The notes: a model not told the origin generated them from the sequence alone. Shown: positions 9,320-19,235, counted from the first letter of the stretch. The stretch is DNA of 64,000 nucleotides from an uncultured Bacteroidia bacterium (GCA_943846675.1 OX044357.1:1546010-1610009), one strand, 5' to 3'. Program-made: numbers and translations.

Positions 9320-9469
9320 ACTTTTTCGCTTAATGACATAACAGTTGACCATGTGATACCATTGAGTGATATAAGCGACTATGATTTAAAGAAAGGGGCA
9401 CACACATGGGACAACGTTAAAACGTGTTGCATGGGTTGTAATACCCTTAAAGGGACTGACTTTGTATAA
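9320..9469 (+). pseudogene. remnant C-terminal fragment of an HNH endonuclease (no start codon)
   Basis: Translation is TFSLNDITVDHVIPLSDISDYDLKKGAHTWDNVKTCCMGCNTLKGTDFV*. It keeps the HNH signature (DH..P, N, CxxCN..KG) but is only about 49 codons long, with an upstream in-frame stop and no ATG. Confidence 0.5.
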
Positions 9470-9936
9470 ATATACACCCCAGCCCCCATTTCAAACATCC
9501 ATAGACAAGGCATGAGAAACGCAGCAATCTGTTATTTACACACGTGCAAGTTCAAAAAAAAGCCAAGTAGAGAAAGTCCAGTAAAGTAAAGGTCTAAAAG
9601 CGGTTATTGTCGACTATATGTAACCACATTAAAAAACAACTCCTAGATTATTGAAGAATTGCTTTGCAATTTGAGTGGTAACTAACAAAGATAAACTGCC
9701 GCAAATCCCTTGACAGGTAAGGGTTCGTTGAAATTTTAGACACAAAAAACCCCGACTTGGTACAGCCAGGGAATTTCGTTTAGCTCCGAAGAGCTAGTAG
9801 GGGGAATCAGAACGTTATCGAACTTTTTTGACGGTACAAAGGCCCGGCTATAAAATGTTGGGTAACGTTTAGGTTGGTTAGCCATGCATATTAGCCCTGT
9901 AAGGTGCTATGCACTAATTAAATTGTTATTTCAACT

Positions 9937-10272
9937 TTAGTACATTAAATGCTTTTTAGAACTTTCCTTCCACTGTGCTTTGTAGCTTGCATCTACGAAG
10001 AAGATTTTCAAATCTGCTTTATAAGCTGCATCCACGAAATATATTTTCTTTTTTGCCTTGTGAGCTGCATCTGTAAAAAACCATCTACCATTGTTATCTT
10101 CAGCCATATATGCTGCATCAACTTTGTAAACCAAAAGATCAGCTTTATATGCTGCGTCCACAACATAAACTTTAACATCCGCTTTGTAATCAGCATCTAC
10201 AGAATATATTAACTGGGCTTTAACGCTTGCACTAGCAATTAAAAGGGTTGTAATTAGGATTAATTTTTTCAT
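9937..10272 (-). CDS. small secreted protein made of tandem YKAD decapeptide repeats
   Basis: 111 aa. Signal peptide MKKLILITTLLIASASVKAQ, then about 7 repeats of x[VF]Y[VF]VDA[AS]YKAD[VL]K (VDADYKADVKVYVVDAAYKADLLVYKVDAAYMAED...IYFVDAAYKADLKIFFVDASYKAQWK). The conserved 19-bp motif sits 13-31 nt upstream. Confidence 0.55.
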   Translation of the reverse strand: MKKLILITTLLIASASVKAQLIYSVDADYKADVKVYVVDAAYKADLLVYKVDAAYMAEDNNGRWFFTDAAHKAKKKIYFVDAAYKADLKIFFVDASYKAQWKESSKKHLMY

Positions 10273-10805
10273 ATTGTTTCTTTTGGGTTCTGTTGCATTA
10301 ACTAGGGCAATTTACTATATCTTTAGATTTGAAATTAAAAACGACTTTAATGTTCAACCGTCACAGATATCCAAAATCAATAATTCTTCAAGCTGTTTAC
10401 TTTAAACTAAGATTTACAAAACAATATAGTTCAAAGACCGATTCTGTCGGATAATAACTCAAATAACCCACTGGGTTTTTCTACTATTCAAACTCCCATT
10501 GTAGCGGTTCATTAGTTGCATGTGAAATGGTTTCAAGTTTTGGGAAAACATAAGGCATCAGTTTAATCAAAAGCTCTATTCTTTGCTTTGGTTCCAACTC
10601 TTCGAGTCTTTCCTCAATATTCTCCAATTCCTACACATATCCCTCTATATACCAAGCTATCAATATCTTAAGTTGATAGCTGCTAATTTTTAAAACTAAT
10701 AGACTTAATGCCCTTAAGACACTGTCCAATGTTACTCTTTGTTTTTACAATAAATTTCTGCTTTGCAGAGTCCGAGTGAACATTTTATATGGCGTTTCTT
10801 ATACT

Positions 10806-11336
10806 TCAGAAATTTAACTGACTCTCCCAAGGAGGATTGAATTCTTTTACTCTTTTCATAGTACAATTTGGTCCAATCCAAATAACATAAGATAGCCCCG
10901 CTTGTAATTGGTTTCTGGTTCTATTCTGCAAGTAAGAGATATCAAAAATAAAGCGGTCATAACTACCTTTAATCCCAATTTTAGGAAGAATAGTGTAACT
11001 TTTTGTGTTTTCTCGGCTTGTTCGCTCCAATTGAGCTCCTAATACAGGAGTAAAACGATGTGCAACGTAGGCATGGTGCCAAGCTAATACGTTAAACTCT
11101 CCATTTATAAAAAAAGTAGAGAAGTCTTTATCATTCGAAAAAAGCACACCAGTATTTACAGCATACCTTAGATGCGAAAGACTCATTTTTGGGCCTGTTT
11201 GAGAAAAAGTGTTATTACTTAAACCTATTTGGTGTGAAATACCAGCAGATAGCATTTCGGATTTAAGTATCTGAGCTTTCAATTGATTAGCTGATAAAAT
11301 TAAGCACGTTATCAATATTATTTTTCTTGGATTCAT
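10806..11336 (-). CDS. small outer-membrane beta-barrel-like protein (hypothetical)
   Basis: The most probable start is MNPRKIILITCLILSANQLKAQ (signal peptide), 27 nt inside the tracked ORF. The protein has alternating amphipathic segments, aromatic residues, and a C-terminal ...SQLNF ending in Phe, as in OM beta-barrels. Confidence 0.45.
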   Translation of the reverse strand: MNPRKIILITCLILSANQLKAQILKSEMLSAGISHQIGLSNNTFSQTGPKMSLSHLRYAVNTGVLFSNDKDFSTFFINGEFNVLAWHHAYVAHRFTPVLGAQLERTSRENTKSYTILPKIGIKGSYDRFIFDISYLQNRTRNQLQAGLSYVIWIGPNCTMKRVKEFNPPWESQLNF

Positions 11337-11432
11337 CCCTTTGGTAACGTTTAGCAAATACAATTATTGTTTTTTGTAAATTGCTGGTATTAAAAGAATA
11401 GAGTTTTTAATAAACATCAATTTTTTTTACTT

Positions 11433-14400
11433 TTGGATTTGAGATTTCAAAAATTCAAGTCGCAAAATTTAAGTAGTATTATGAAATCATTTTACGTAGC
11501 TCGGCTAACAGCTGTACTTTTTTCCATTATTTGTTTTTCTTTTTCAAACACCGTAGCACAGTCATCAGGTGTGGTCAGCACGCTCGCTGGTAGTGGTGCA
11601 TCTGGCTATACAGATGGTACAGGGACATCGGCTCAGTTTTCCTATCCTATAGGAGTAGCGGTCGATGGCGCTGGAAATGTGTATGTAGCGGATCAGAATA
11701 ACCACCGCATTCGAAAAATAACTACATCAGGTGTGGTCAGCACGCTCGCTGGTAGTGGTACATCTGGCAATGCAGATGGTACAGGGACATCGGCTCAGTT
11801 TAACAATCCTTATGGAGTAGCGGTCGATGGCGCTGGAAATGTGTATGTAGCGGATTACAATAACCACCGCATTCGAAAAATAACTGCATCAGGTGTGGTC
11901 AGCACGCTCGCTGGTAGTACTCAGGGCAATACAGATGGTACAGGGACATCGGCTCAGTTTAACTCTCCTAGAGGAGTAGCGGTCGATGGCGCTGGAAATG
12001 TGTATGTAGCGGATGAGTATAACCACCGCATTCGAAAAATAACTGCATCAGGTGTGGTCGGCACCCTCGCTGGTAGTGCATCTGGCTATACAGATGGTAC
12101 AGGGACATCGGCTAAGTTTAAAAATCCTTATGGAGTAGCGGTCGATGGCGCTGGAAATGTGTATGTAGCGGATAGGTCAAACCACCGCATTCGAAAAATA
12201 ACTACATCAGGTGTGGTCAGCACGCTCGCTGGTAGTTCTCAGGGCTATACAGATGGTACAGGGACATCGGCTCAGTTTTACTATCCTAGCGGAGTAGCGG
12301 TCGATAGCGCTGGAAATGTGTATGTAGCGGATAAGGATAACCACCGCATTCGAAAAATAACTACATCAGGTGTGGTCAGCACGCTCGCTGGTAGTGGTAC
12401 ATCTGGCTATGCAGATGGTACAGGGACATCGGCTAAGTTTAACTATCCTTTCGGAGTAGCGGTCGATGGCGCTGGAAATGTGTATGTAGCGGATTACGTT
12501 AACCACCGCATTCGAAAAATAGGTCAGGCAACTTGCACAACACCCACAACACCATCACTAAGTGCATCACCTGATTCAATATGTAATGGGAATTCCAGTA
12601 CCTTGACCGTATCTGGATCAAAGAATGCTGCTTCAACTTGGAAGGTATATTCAGGTGGATGTGGAACTGGATTAGTTGATTCAATTACTGGAACTGGGAC
12701 TACATTATCCGTGTCACCAACCTCTACAACGAACTATTATGTCAGAGAAGAAGGTTGTGTAACAGCTGGAAGTTGCGGAACGACTGTTGTTACAGTGACA
12801 GCAGCTTCTTATAACACTATTACGGTAACGGTATGCGATACGTACACCTCTCCAAGTGGCAGGCATACCTGGTTTGTAACAGGAATATATAAAGACACGA
12901 TTCCAAACGCAGCAGGTTGCGATAGTATTCTAACAATAAACTTAACGGTAATTGCAACACCAATAGTTACTGTCAGCACGCTCGCTGGTAGTACATATGG
13001 CTATACAGATGGTACAGGGACATCGGCTAAGTTTTACAATCCTACTGGAGTAGCGGTCGATGGCGCTGGAAATGTGTATGTAGCGGATCGGTATAACCAC
13101 CGCATTCGAAAAATAACTACATCAGGTGTGGTCAGCACGCTCGCTGGTAGTGGTACATCTGGCAATGCAGATGGTACAGGGACATCGGCTCAGTTTTCCT
13201 ATCCTAGCGGAGTAGCGGTCGATAGCGCTGGAAATGTGTTTGTAGCGGATCGCAATAACCACCGCATTCGAAAAATAACTGCATCAGGTGTGGTCAGCAC
13301 GCTCGCTGGTAGTACTCAGGGCTATACAGATGGTACAGGGACATCGGCTAAGTTTGACTCACCTACAGGAGTAGCGGTCGATGGCGCTGGAAATGTGTAT
13401 GTAGCGGATCTGTATAACCACCGCATTCGAAAAATAACTGCATCAGGTGTGGTCAGCACCCTCGCTGGTAGTGCATCTGGCTATACAGATGGTACAGGGA
13501 CATCGGCTAAGTTTAAAAATCCTACAGGAGTAGCGGTCGATGGCGCTGGAAATGTGTATGTAGCGGATTACAATAACCACGGCATTCGAAAAATAACTAC
13601 ATCAGGTGTGGTCAGCACGCTCGCTGGTATTGCATATGGCTATACAGATGGTACAGGGACATCGGCTAAGTTTAAAAATCCTTATGGAGTAGCGGTCGAT
13701 GGCGCTGGAAATGTGTATGTAGCGGATCGGGATAACCACCGCATTCGAAAAATAACTACATCAGGTGTGGTCAGCACGCTCGCTGGTAGTTCTCAGGGCT
13801 ATACAGATGGTACAGGGACATCGGCTCAGTTTGCCTATCCTTTCGGAGTAGCGGTCGATGGTACTGGAAATGTGTATGTAGCGGATGAGTCAAACCACCG
13901 CATTCGAAAAATAACGTTAAGTGCTGGTAGTGCTGAAACGACTGAAACGATAACAGCAAATGTATGCGATACGTACACCTCTCCAAGTGGCAGGCATACC
14001 TGGTTTGTAACAGGAATATATAAAGACACGATTCCAAACGCAGCAGGTTGCGATAGTATTCTAACAATAAACTTAACGGTAATTGCAACACCAATAGTTA
14101 CTGTCAGCACGCTCGCTGGTAGTACTCAGGGCAATACAGATGGTACAGGGACATCGGCTCAGTTTTCCTATCCTACAGGAGTAGCGGTCGATGGCGCTGG
14201 AAATGTGTATGTAGCGGATCAGGATAACCACCGCATTCGAAAAATAACTACATCAGGTGTGGTCAGCACGCTCGCTGGTAGTGGTACACCTGGCTATACA
14301 GATGGTACAGGGACATCGGCTAAGTTTTACTTACCTATCGGAATAGCGGTCGATGGCGCTGGAAATGTGTATGTAGCGGATAGGTCAAACCACCGCATTC

Positions 14401-17400
14401 GAAAAATAACTGCATCAGGTGTGGTCAGCACCCTCGCTGGTAGTACTCAGGGCTATGCAGATGGTACAGGGACATCGGCTAAGTTTAACGTTCCTTTCGG
14501 AGTAGCGGTCGATGGCGCTGGAAATGTGTATGTAGCGGATTACAATAACCACCGCATTCGAAAAATAACTACATCAGGTGTGGTCAGCACGCTCGCTGGT
14601 AGTACATATGGCTATACAGATGGTACAGGGACATCGGCTCAGTTTGCCTATCCTTATGGAGTAGCGGTCGATGGCGCTGGAAATGTGTATGTAGCGGATA
14701 GGTCAAACCACCGCATTCGAAAAATAACTGCATCAGGTGTGGTCAGCACGCTCGCTGGTAGTTCTCAGGGCTATACAGATGGTACAGGGACATCGGCTAA
14801 GTTTTACTATCCTAGCGGAGTAGCGGTCGATGGCGCTGGAAATGTGTATGTAGCGGATCGGTCAAACCACCGCATTCGAAAAATAACTGCATCAGGTGTG
14901 GTCAGCACCCTCGCTGGTAGTACATATGGCTATACAGATGGTACAGGGACATCGGCTAAGTTTTACTTACCTACAGGAGTAGCGGTCGATGGCGCTGGAA
15001 ATGTGTATGTAGCGGATTACGTTAACCACCGCATTCGAAAAATAACGTTAAGTGCTGGTAGTGCTGAAACAACAGAAACGATAACAGCAAATGTATGCGA
15101 TAGCTATACCTCTCCAAGTGGAAAAACTTGGACAACAAGCAACACGTATTCAGATACGATTCCAAACACTGCGGGTTGTGATAGTGTTATCACGGTGAAC
15201 CTTACGGTGAGATATAAAAGTTCCTTCTCGTTCGCAGAAACGGTATATGAAACCTTTACATCGCCAAGCGGAAAAACATGGACAAATTCAGGCACATATT
15301 TAGACACAATACCTAATGACGTTAATTGTGACAGCATCATAACGGTCGATTTGACTGTAATCAACAAGTTATTTGTCGATACAGATGGTTCATCAGGAAC
15401 AGGAAAATCATGGGGGACTTCAATGAAAAACCTAGATGACGCCATCAAAGTAGCTAATGCAACGGGCAATCATGCTGAAATATGGGTGCGCAAGGGCATG
15501 TATTATCCTGGCGGACAATCGAGCAGCAATCGAGATTCAGCGTTCCTAATTACCAATCCAAATGTTGAATTATTAGGAGGTTTTTCTGGAACAGAGACAG
15601 AGCCTGGTCAACGAAATCAAACGGCCAATCCAACCATATTGTGTGGAGATATCGGTACAACAAACGATTCCTCTGACAATGTATACCACGTATTGATTAT
15701 TGCACCAAACGGATCAGACATCGGACCTAATTTTAAACTAGATGGGTTAACCTTTAAAAACGGTAACGCTGACGGGAACTCAAAATACACCTACGAAAAT
15801 AGAGATGTATATCAATCAGAGGGTGGCTCAATAGTTATTCTGGGTAGTGGTAAGTCTGGTCAAGAGATTAGTCCAACGATTACCAATTGTCATTTTGAAG
15901 GAAATTATGGCGATTATGGCTCGATTTACATACGCGTGCCTAATGGTAAGTCTTTTGCAACCATTAGCCATTGTACGTTTAAAAACAACCATTCAATTTA
16001 TGGCGCTATCTTTAACGATGGTCAAGCAGGTGAAGTATCTCCAAACATTGTAAACTGTGCCTTTGATGGCAACACAAGTGCCACTTCGGGTGCAGCGATA
16101 TACAACTATGGTTATGGAGGCAAATGCTCTCCTACAATCACAAGTTGTGTGTTTAACAGCAACAGTGCTAGTTCAATGGGAGGAGCAATCTATAACACGG
16201 GTTATGGTGGAACATCCAATCCAGTGATCACAAACGCTACCTTCCATGCAAACGCAGCTGGTTCTCATGCAGGAGCGATGTATAGCTTTGGTAACAGCGG
16301 AACATGCCAACCTAAGGTGACCAACTCTATCTTTTACAAAAACACAAAAGGTGGAGATGATGACCATAAGTTTAGTGAGTTCTATAACTATGCAGCGTAT
16401 CCATACATAAAAAATAGTTCGATGCAACGTGCAAGCTCAACATACACAGCAAGCACATTCAACAGCTTAAATAGTGGAACAAACAACATCTTCCAGACCA
16501 ATCCAAACTTTGAGGCGATTGCCGATGGCAATGGTGCGGATGATGTTTGGAGAACAGGAGATGATGGATTGAGATTATCTTCCTCAAGTACCAACTTGTT
16601 AAACGGTGGAACCAATACAGGTGCCCCAACTGCGGATATCTTAGGAAATCAGCGTATGGGAACAACCGACATGGGTGCTTACGAGTATGTCAACTGTGGC
16701 TTAAATGTTAAACTAGCTACTTCGGTTACCACTCATACAGCAACGCAAAGTGTTGTGGATGGTAATTTTGTATGCTACTGTAACAGCGACAATGAATTAC
16801 TCTTGGCTCTTGACACCAATGGAACTGGGGCGGTGATTACACCTAGTCAGGTAAAACTATACATTGGCAATCCATCAACCTTGAGTTACAACTCTGCTGG
16901 CGGTATGATAACCAACACGGCTGGTGGTGTGATACTAGAAAGACGTTGGGATGTGGAACCAACGACTCAACCAACTTCACCAGTAACGGTTCGTTACTTC
17001 TACACCAACGACAACTACGACGACATTGTAACGGCTATGGCTGGATTAACATCGCCTACAACCATTACTTCGCCAAGTCAACTACAGTTTTACAAGGTAA
17101 CAGGCGGCTCATCGGCAACCTTCCCGAACCCACATGATACGGGTGTAACGGGTATTGTACTGACCAACGGAACAACAGCCAGCACAACAGTGTGGGTTAA
17201 TGGAACACATGGTGTACAAGACCATACAGCAGAATACCTAGTAAGCACGTTCTCCGGTGGTGGAGGCGGAGGCGGGGGTGGATCTAGCCCACTACCAGTG
17301 GAACTGATCCAGTTCGAAGCAAGCCCAGCAGCTAGTCATACAGCAGACCTTACATGGAAGACCGCATCAGAGCTAAACAACTCACATTTTGTAGTTGAAC

Positions 17401-17834
17401 GTAGCTATGATGGTAGAGACTTCCAGGCAGCAGCAATTGTTCAAGGAAACGGTACCACACAAAACGTGATTACCTACAACCACAACGACAATACGATTGA
17501 TCTAGCACAAAACACTGTGTTCTATCGATTACGTCAGGTGGACTTTGATGGCACCACGGCTTACTCACCAGTAAGACGAGTAGACTTTGAAGGCAGCATC
17601 ATACCAAACAGCGTAACGCTTTATCCAAACCCAACAAAAGGAACGGTTACGGTTAGCTTTACAGACGATGAGGCTGAAAGTCATGCGATTAAAGTAATTG
17701 ACAACCTCGGAAGAGAGCTGTACAAGCAAACCTTCGACGGACAAGCCATAGAGCTTGATTTGTCGAGCCAAGCAACGGGTATCTACTTTATCATTTTAGA
17801 TTCTGGTGAATCCTTTAAAGTGATTAAACAGTAG
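11433..17834 (+). CDS. giant T9SS-secreted surface protein: NHL-repeat arrays + 2-Cys modules + Pmp-like beta-helix + FN3/Ig-like + T9SS type-A CTD
   Basis: 2133 aa with a signal peptide. It has about 19 copies of a 47-aa NHL repeat (SGVVSTLAGS..GYTDGTGTSA.F..P.GVAVDGAGNVYVAD..NHRIRKIT) in three blocks separated by a Cys-rich Ig-like segment and 2-Cys TITANVCD[ST]YTSPSG modules. The C-terminal 930 aa match 6125..9048 apart from the two single-base insertions in that copy, and end in LYPNP...IYFIILD...KVIKQ. Confidence 0.85.
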   Translation: MDLRFQKFKSQNLSSIMKSFYVARLTAVLFSIICFSFSNTVAQSSGVVSTLAGSGASGYTDGTGTSAQFSYPIGVAVDGAGNVYVADQNNHRIRKITTSGVVSTLAGSGTSGNADGTGTSAQFNNPYGVAVDGAGNVYVADYNNHRIRKITASGVVSTLAGSTQGNTDGTGTSAQFNSPRGVAVDGAGNVYVADEYNHRIRKITASGVVGTLAGSASGYTDGTGTSAKFKNPYGVAVDGAGNVYVADRSNHRIRKITTSGVVSTLAGSSQGYTDGTGTSAQFYYPSGVAVDSAGNVYVADKDNHRIRKITTSGVVSTLAGSGTSGYADGTGTSAKFNYPFGVAVDGAGNVYVADYVNHRIRKIGQATCTTPTTPSLSASPDSICNGNSSTLTVSGSKNAASTWKVYSGGCGTGLVDSITGTGTTLSVSPTSTTNYYVREEGCVTAGSCGTTVVTVTAASYNTITVTVCDTYTSPSGRHTWFVTGIYKDTIPNAAGCDSILTINLTVIATPIVTVSTLAGSTYGYTDGTGTSAKFYNPTGVAVDGAGNVYVADRYNHRIRKITTSGVVSTLAGSGTSGNADGTGTSAQFSYPSGVAVDSAGNVFVADRNNHRIRKITASGVVSTLAGSTQGYTDGTGTSAKFDSPTGVAVDGAGNVYVADLYNHRIRKITASGVVSTLAGSASGYTDGTGTSAKFKNPTGVAVDGAGNVYVADYNNHGIRKITTSGVVSTLAGIAYGYTDGTGTSAKFKNPYGVAVDGAGNVYVADRDNHRIRKITTSGVVSTLAGSSQGYTDGTGTSAQFAYPFGVAVDGTGNVYVADESNHRIRKITLSAGSAETTETITANVCDTYTSPSGRHTWFVTGIYKDTIPNAAGCDSILTINLTVIATPIVTVSTLAGSTQGNTDGTGTSAQFSYPTGVAVDGAGNVYVADQDNHRIRKITTSGVVSTLAGSGTPGYTDGTGTSAKFYLPIGIAVDGAGNVYVADRSNHRIRKITASGVVSTLAGSTQGYADGTGTSAKFNVPFGVAVDGAGNVYVADYNNHRIRKITTSGVVSTLAGSTYGYTDGTGTSAQFAYPYGVAVDGAGNVYVADRSNHRIRKITASGVVSTLAGSSQGYTDGTGTSAKFYYPSGVAVDGAGNVYVADRSNHRIRKITASGVVSTLAGSTYGYTDGTGTSAKFYLPTGVAVDGAGNVYVADYVNHRIRKITLSAGSAETTETITANVCDSYTSPSGKTWTTSNTYSDTIPNTAGCDSVITVNLTVRYKSSFSFAETVYETFTSPSGKTWTNSGTYLDTIPNDVNCDSIITVDLTVINKLFVDTDGSSGTGKSWGTSMKNLDDAIKVANATGNHAEIWVRKGMYYPGGQSSSNRDSAFLITNPNVELLGGFSGTETEPGQRNQTANPTILCGDIGTTNDSSDNVYHVLIIAPNGSDIGPNFKLDGLTFKNGNADGNSKYTYENRDVYQSEGGSIVILGSGKSGQEISPTITNCHFEGNYGDYGSIYIRVPNGKSFATISHCTFKNNHSIYGAIFNDGQAGEVSPNIVNCAFDGNTSATSGAAIYNYGYGGKCSPTITSCVFNSNSASSMGGAIYNTGYGGTSNPVITNATFHANAAGSHAGAMYSFGNSGTCQPKVTNSIFYKNTKGGDDDHKFSEFYNYAAYPYIKNSSMQRASSTYTASTFNSLNSGTNNIFQTNPNFEAIADGNGADDVWRTGDDGLRLSSSSTNLLNGGTNTGAPTADILGNQRMGTTDMGAYEYVNCGLNVKLATSVTTHTATQSVVDGNFVCYCNSDNELLLALDTNGTGAVITPSQVKLYIGNPSTLSYNSAGGMITNTAGGVILERRWDVEPTTQPTSPVTVRYFYTNDNYDDIVTAMAGLTSPTTITSPSQLQFYKVTGGSSATFPNPHDTGVTGIVLTNGTTASTTVWVNGTHGVQDHTAEYLVSTFSGGGGGGGGGSSPLPVELIQFEASPAASHTADLTWKTASELNNSHFVVERSYDGRDFQAAAIVQGNGTTQNVITYNHNDNTIDLAQNTVFYRLRQVDFDGTTAYSPVRRVDFEGSIIPNSVTLYPNPTKGTVTVSFTDDEAESHAIKVIDNLGRELYKQTFDGQAIELDLSSQATGIYFIILDSGESFKVIKQ

Positions 17835-17877
17835 TGAGAAAGTATCGTATTACTACACAAATACAATAAGAGAAGGC

Positions 17878-17908
17878 CATTCGTTTTACGGATGGCTTTT
17901 TTGTTGTT
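17878..17908 (+). terminator. rho-independent terminator (duplicate of 9092..9122)
   Basis: Identical hairpin plus T-run within the duplicated cassette. Confidence 0.6.
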
Positions 17909-18043
17909 CAATTGATTTGAAAATATAAAAAGTGAAGTAAACAAGATATCGGGTTGGTGAAAGTATTTACGGATATAAGTTGGTTTAAGACCAGTAGCTA
18001 GTTACGAATACTAGTTTTATATATTACTAACGCGTAATATTAT

Positions 18044-19015
18044 TTGTATATTCGCTTTATGGAGTTCAAACCCCTTGAATCATATCTATCTGATCCTAGT
18101 CCTTACACAAGCCGTAGACTCGTGGAACAGTTGGGTGAGGAAAAGTTTACCATTAATGACATAGGCGTTAGTTCACGGGTGTTTACCCATTGGCGATCAA
18201 ATGGGTTAATCCCTTATATGGAGGATGGTTCATGGGTAAAATTGAATGTGTTTCAATTTATCTGGGTACAGATAATTAAAGACTTGCGTGCGTTTAACTT
18301 TTCTTTAAAGCAGATTGTCAAAGTACGCGCTTCGCTATTTGAGTCCTTCGAAGGGTTTGCTACGGCGGATTTGTTTGATAAAAAAGGAAAGATAACCAAG
18401 GTATTGCGAGCACAGCTTAAAAAGATGTTCGACAATCACCAAGAGATAATTGAAGGCTTAGAAAGTAGTTTCGAGTCGGATTCAAATTCAATAAAAGATT
18501 TCCTTGAGGCTTTTCAAATCCCATTGCTCCTATCACTTAGCTTGAACGTATTGTTCCGTGCAATGGATCACACGCTACTGATTAGGCCAGATGGTCGAGT
18601 TGATTATACTTCAGAAACGCAAGACGAGACATTGGTCAATTACTTGTCCGAGCACGATGCGGAGTCCATCTTGGTGCTTCCACTCAAAAAGTACATTCTG
18701 GTGCTGGTATCGACAAAAAAACTAGAAGATAAAGTTGGTAATATGGCCCTGGTTACCCAAGTTGAAATGGAAGTTTTACAAGCCATGCGGCAGGGAACGC
18801 TATCCGAACTTAGAATAATTTTTGACCCCAAAGACCAACACGCAGATTTGGTGTATACCTATAAAGGGGTTGTACCCGAAAATGAAATGAGTAAAGTTTT
18901 AGATCGTTTTCGGCATAAAAAACACGTTCAATTGTCTATGAAAACCAATGACGGTAAAACGGTATCTTTCGAATACCAAGACCGAAAACGGGTCCATAAA
19001 TTAAATGGAAATTAA
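18044..19015 (+). CDS. MerR/excisionase-like winged-HTH protein with a C-terminal domain of unknown function
   Basis: 323 aa. The N-terminus (TINDIGVSSRVFTHWRSNGLIPY...VKLNVFQFIWVQIIKDLRAFNFSLKQI) matches the MerR/Xis HTH_17 pattern. The remaining roughly 230 aa have no recognisable motif. It sits immediately upstream of the iterons and the serine recombinase. Confidence 0.5.
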   Translation: MYIRFMEFKPLESYLSDPSPYTSRRLVEQLGEEKFTINDIGVSSRVFTHWRSNGLIPYMEDGSWVKLNVFQFIWVQIIKDLRAFNFSLKQIVKVRASLFESFEGFATADLFDKKGKITKVLRAQLKKMFDNHQEIIEGLESSFESDSNSIKDFLEAFQIPLLLSLSLNVLFRAMDHTLLIRPDGRVDYTSETQDETLVNYLSEHDAESILVLPLKKYILVLVSTKKLEDKVGNMALVTQVEMEVLQAMRQGTLSELRIIFDPKDQHADLVYTYKGVVPENEMSKVLDRFRHKKHVQLSMKTNDGKTVSFEYQDRKRVHKLNGN

Positions 19016-19100
19016 TTGATAATTAATTCAGATTAATTGATAATAAACTCGGATTAATTGATAATTAATTCAGATTAATTGATAATAAACTCGGATTAAT
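19016..19100. repeat. tandem 41-bp iterons rich in ATTAAT(N5)ATTAAT palindromes
   Basis: ggattaattgataattaattcagattaattgataataaactc is repeated about 2.3 times and contains at least 6 copies of TTAATTGAT. It lies between the MerR-like gene and the recombinase gene. Confidence 0.7.
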
Positions 19101-19235
19101 TGATTTTTAAATGGAAATTAATGGACAAAAAGAGGTGTAGATGCAGTAATGACAAGGCATTGAAGAACTCAAGCCAATTAAATACGGGTTCATTAGAAAC
19201 GGAAACACCGCTAATGGGCATACTCCAATTGAGTT

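Noticed and set aside
12499-14110. Minus-strand ORFs inside the NHL gene (12499..12684, 13771..14110) as possible IS/transposase fragments, since their flanks repeat
   Set aside because: The repetition is explained by the in-frame 2-Cys module and NHL duplications of the + strand gene. The translations have no transposase motifs.
19016-19100. Tandem repeats considered as a possible CRISPR array (also 30120..30160 and the 141-bp repeats in 11570..15050)
   Set aside because: There are no unique spacers of regular length. The 41-bp units are directly tandem, the octamer is a microsatellite, and the 141-bp repeats are in-frame coding NHL repeats. No cas genes are present.
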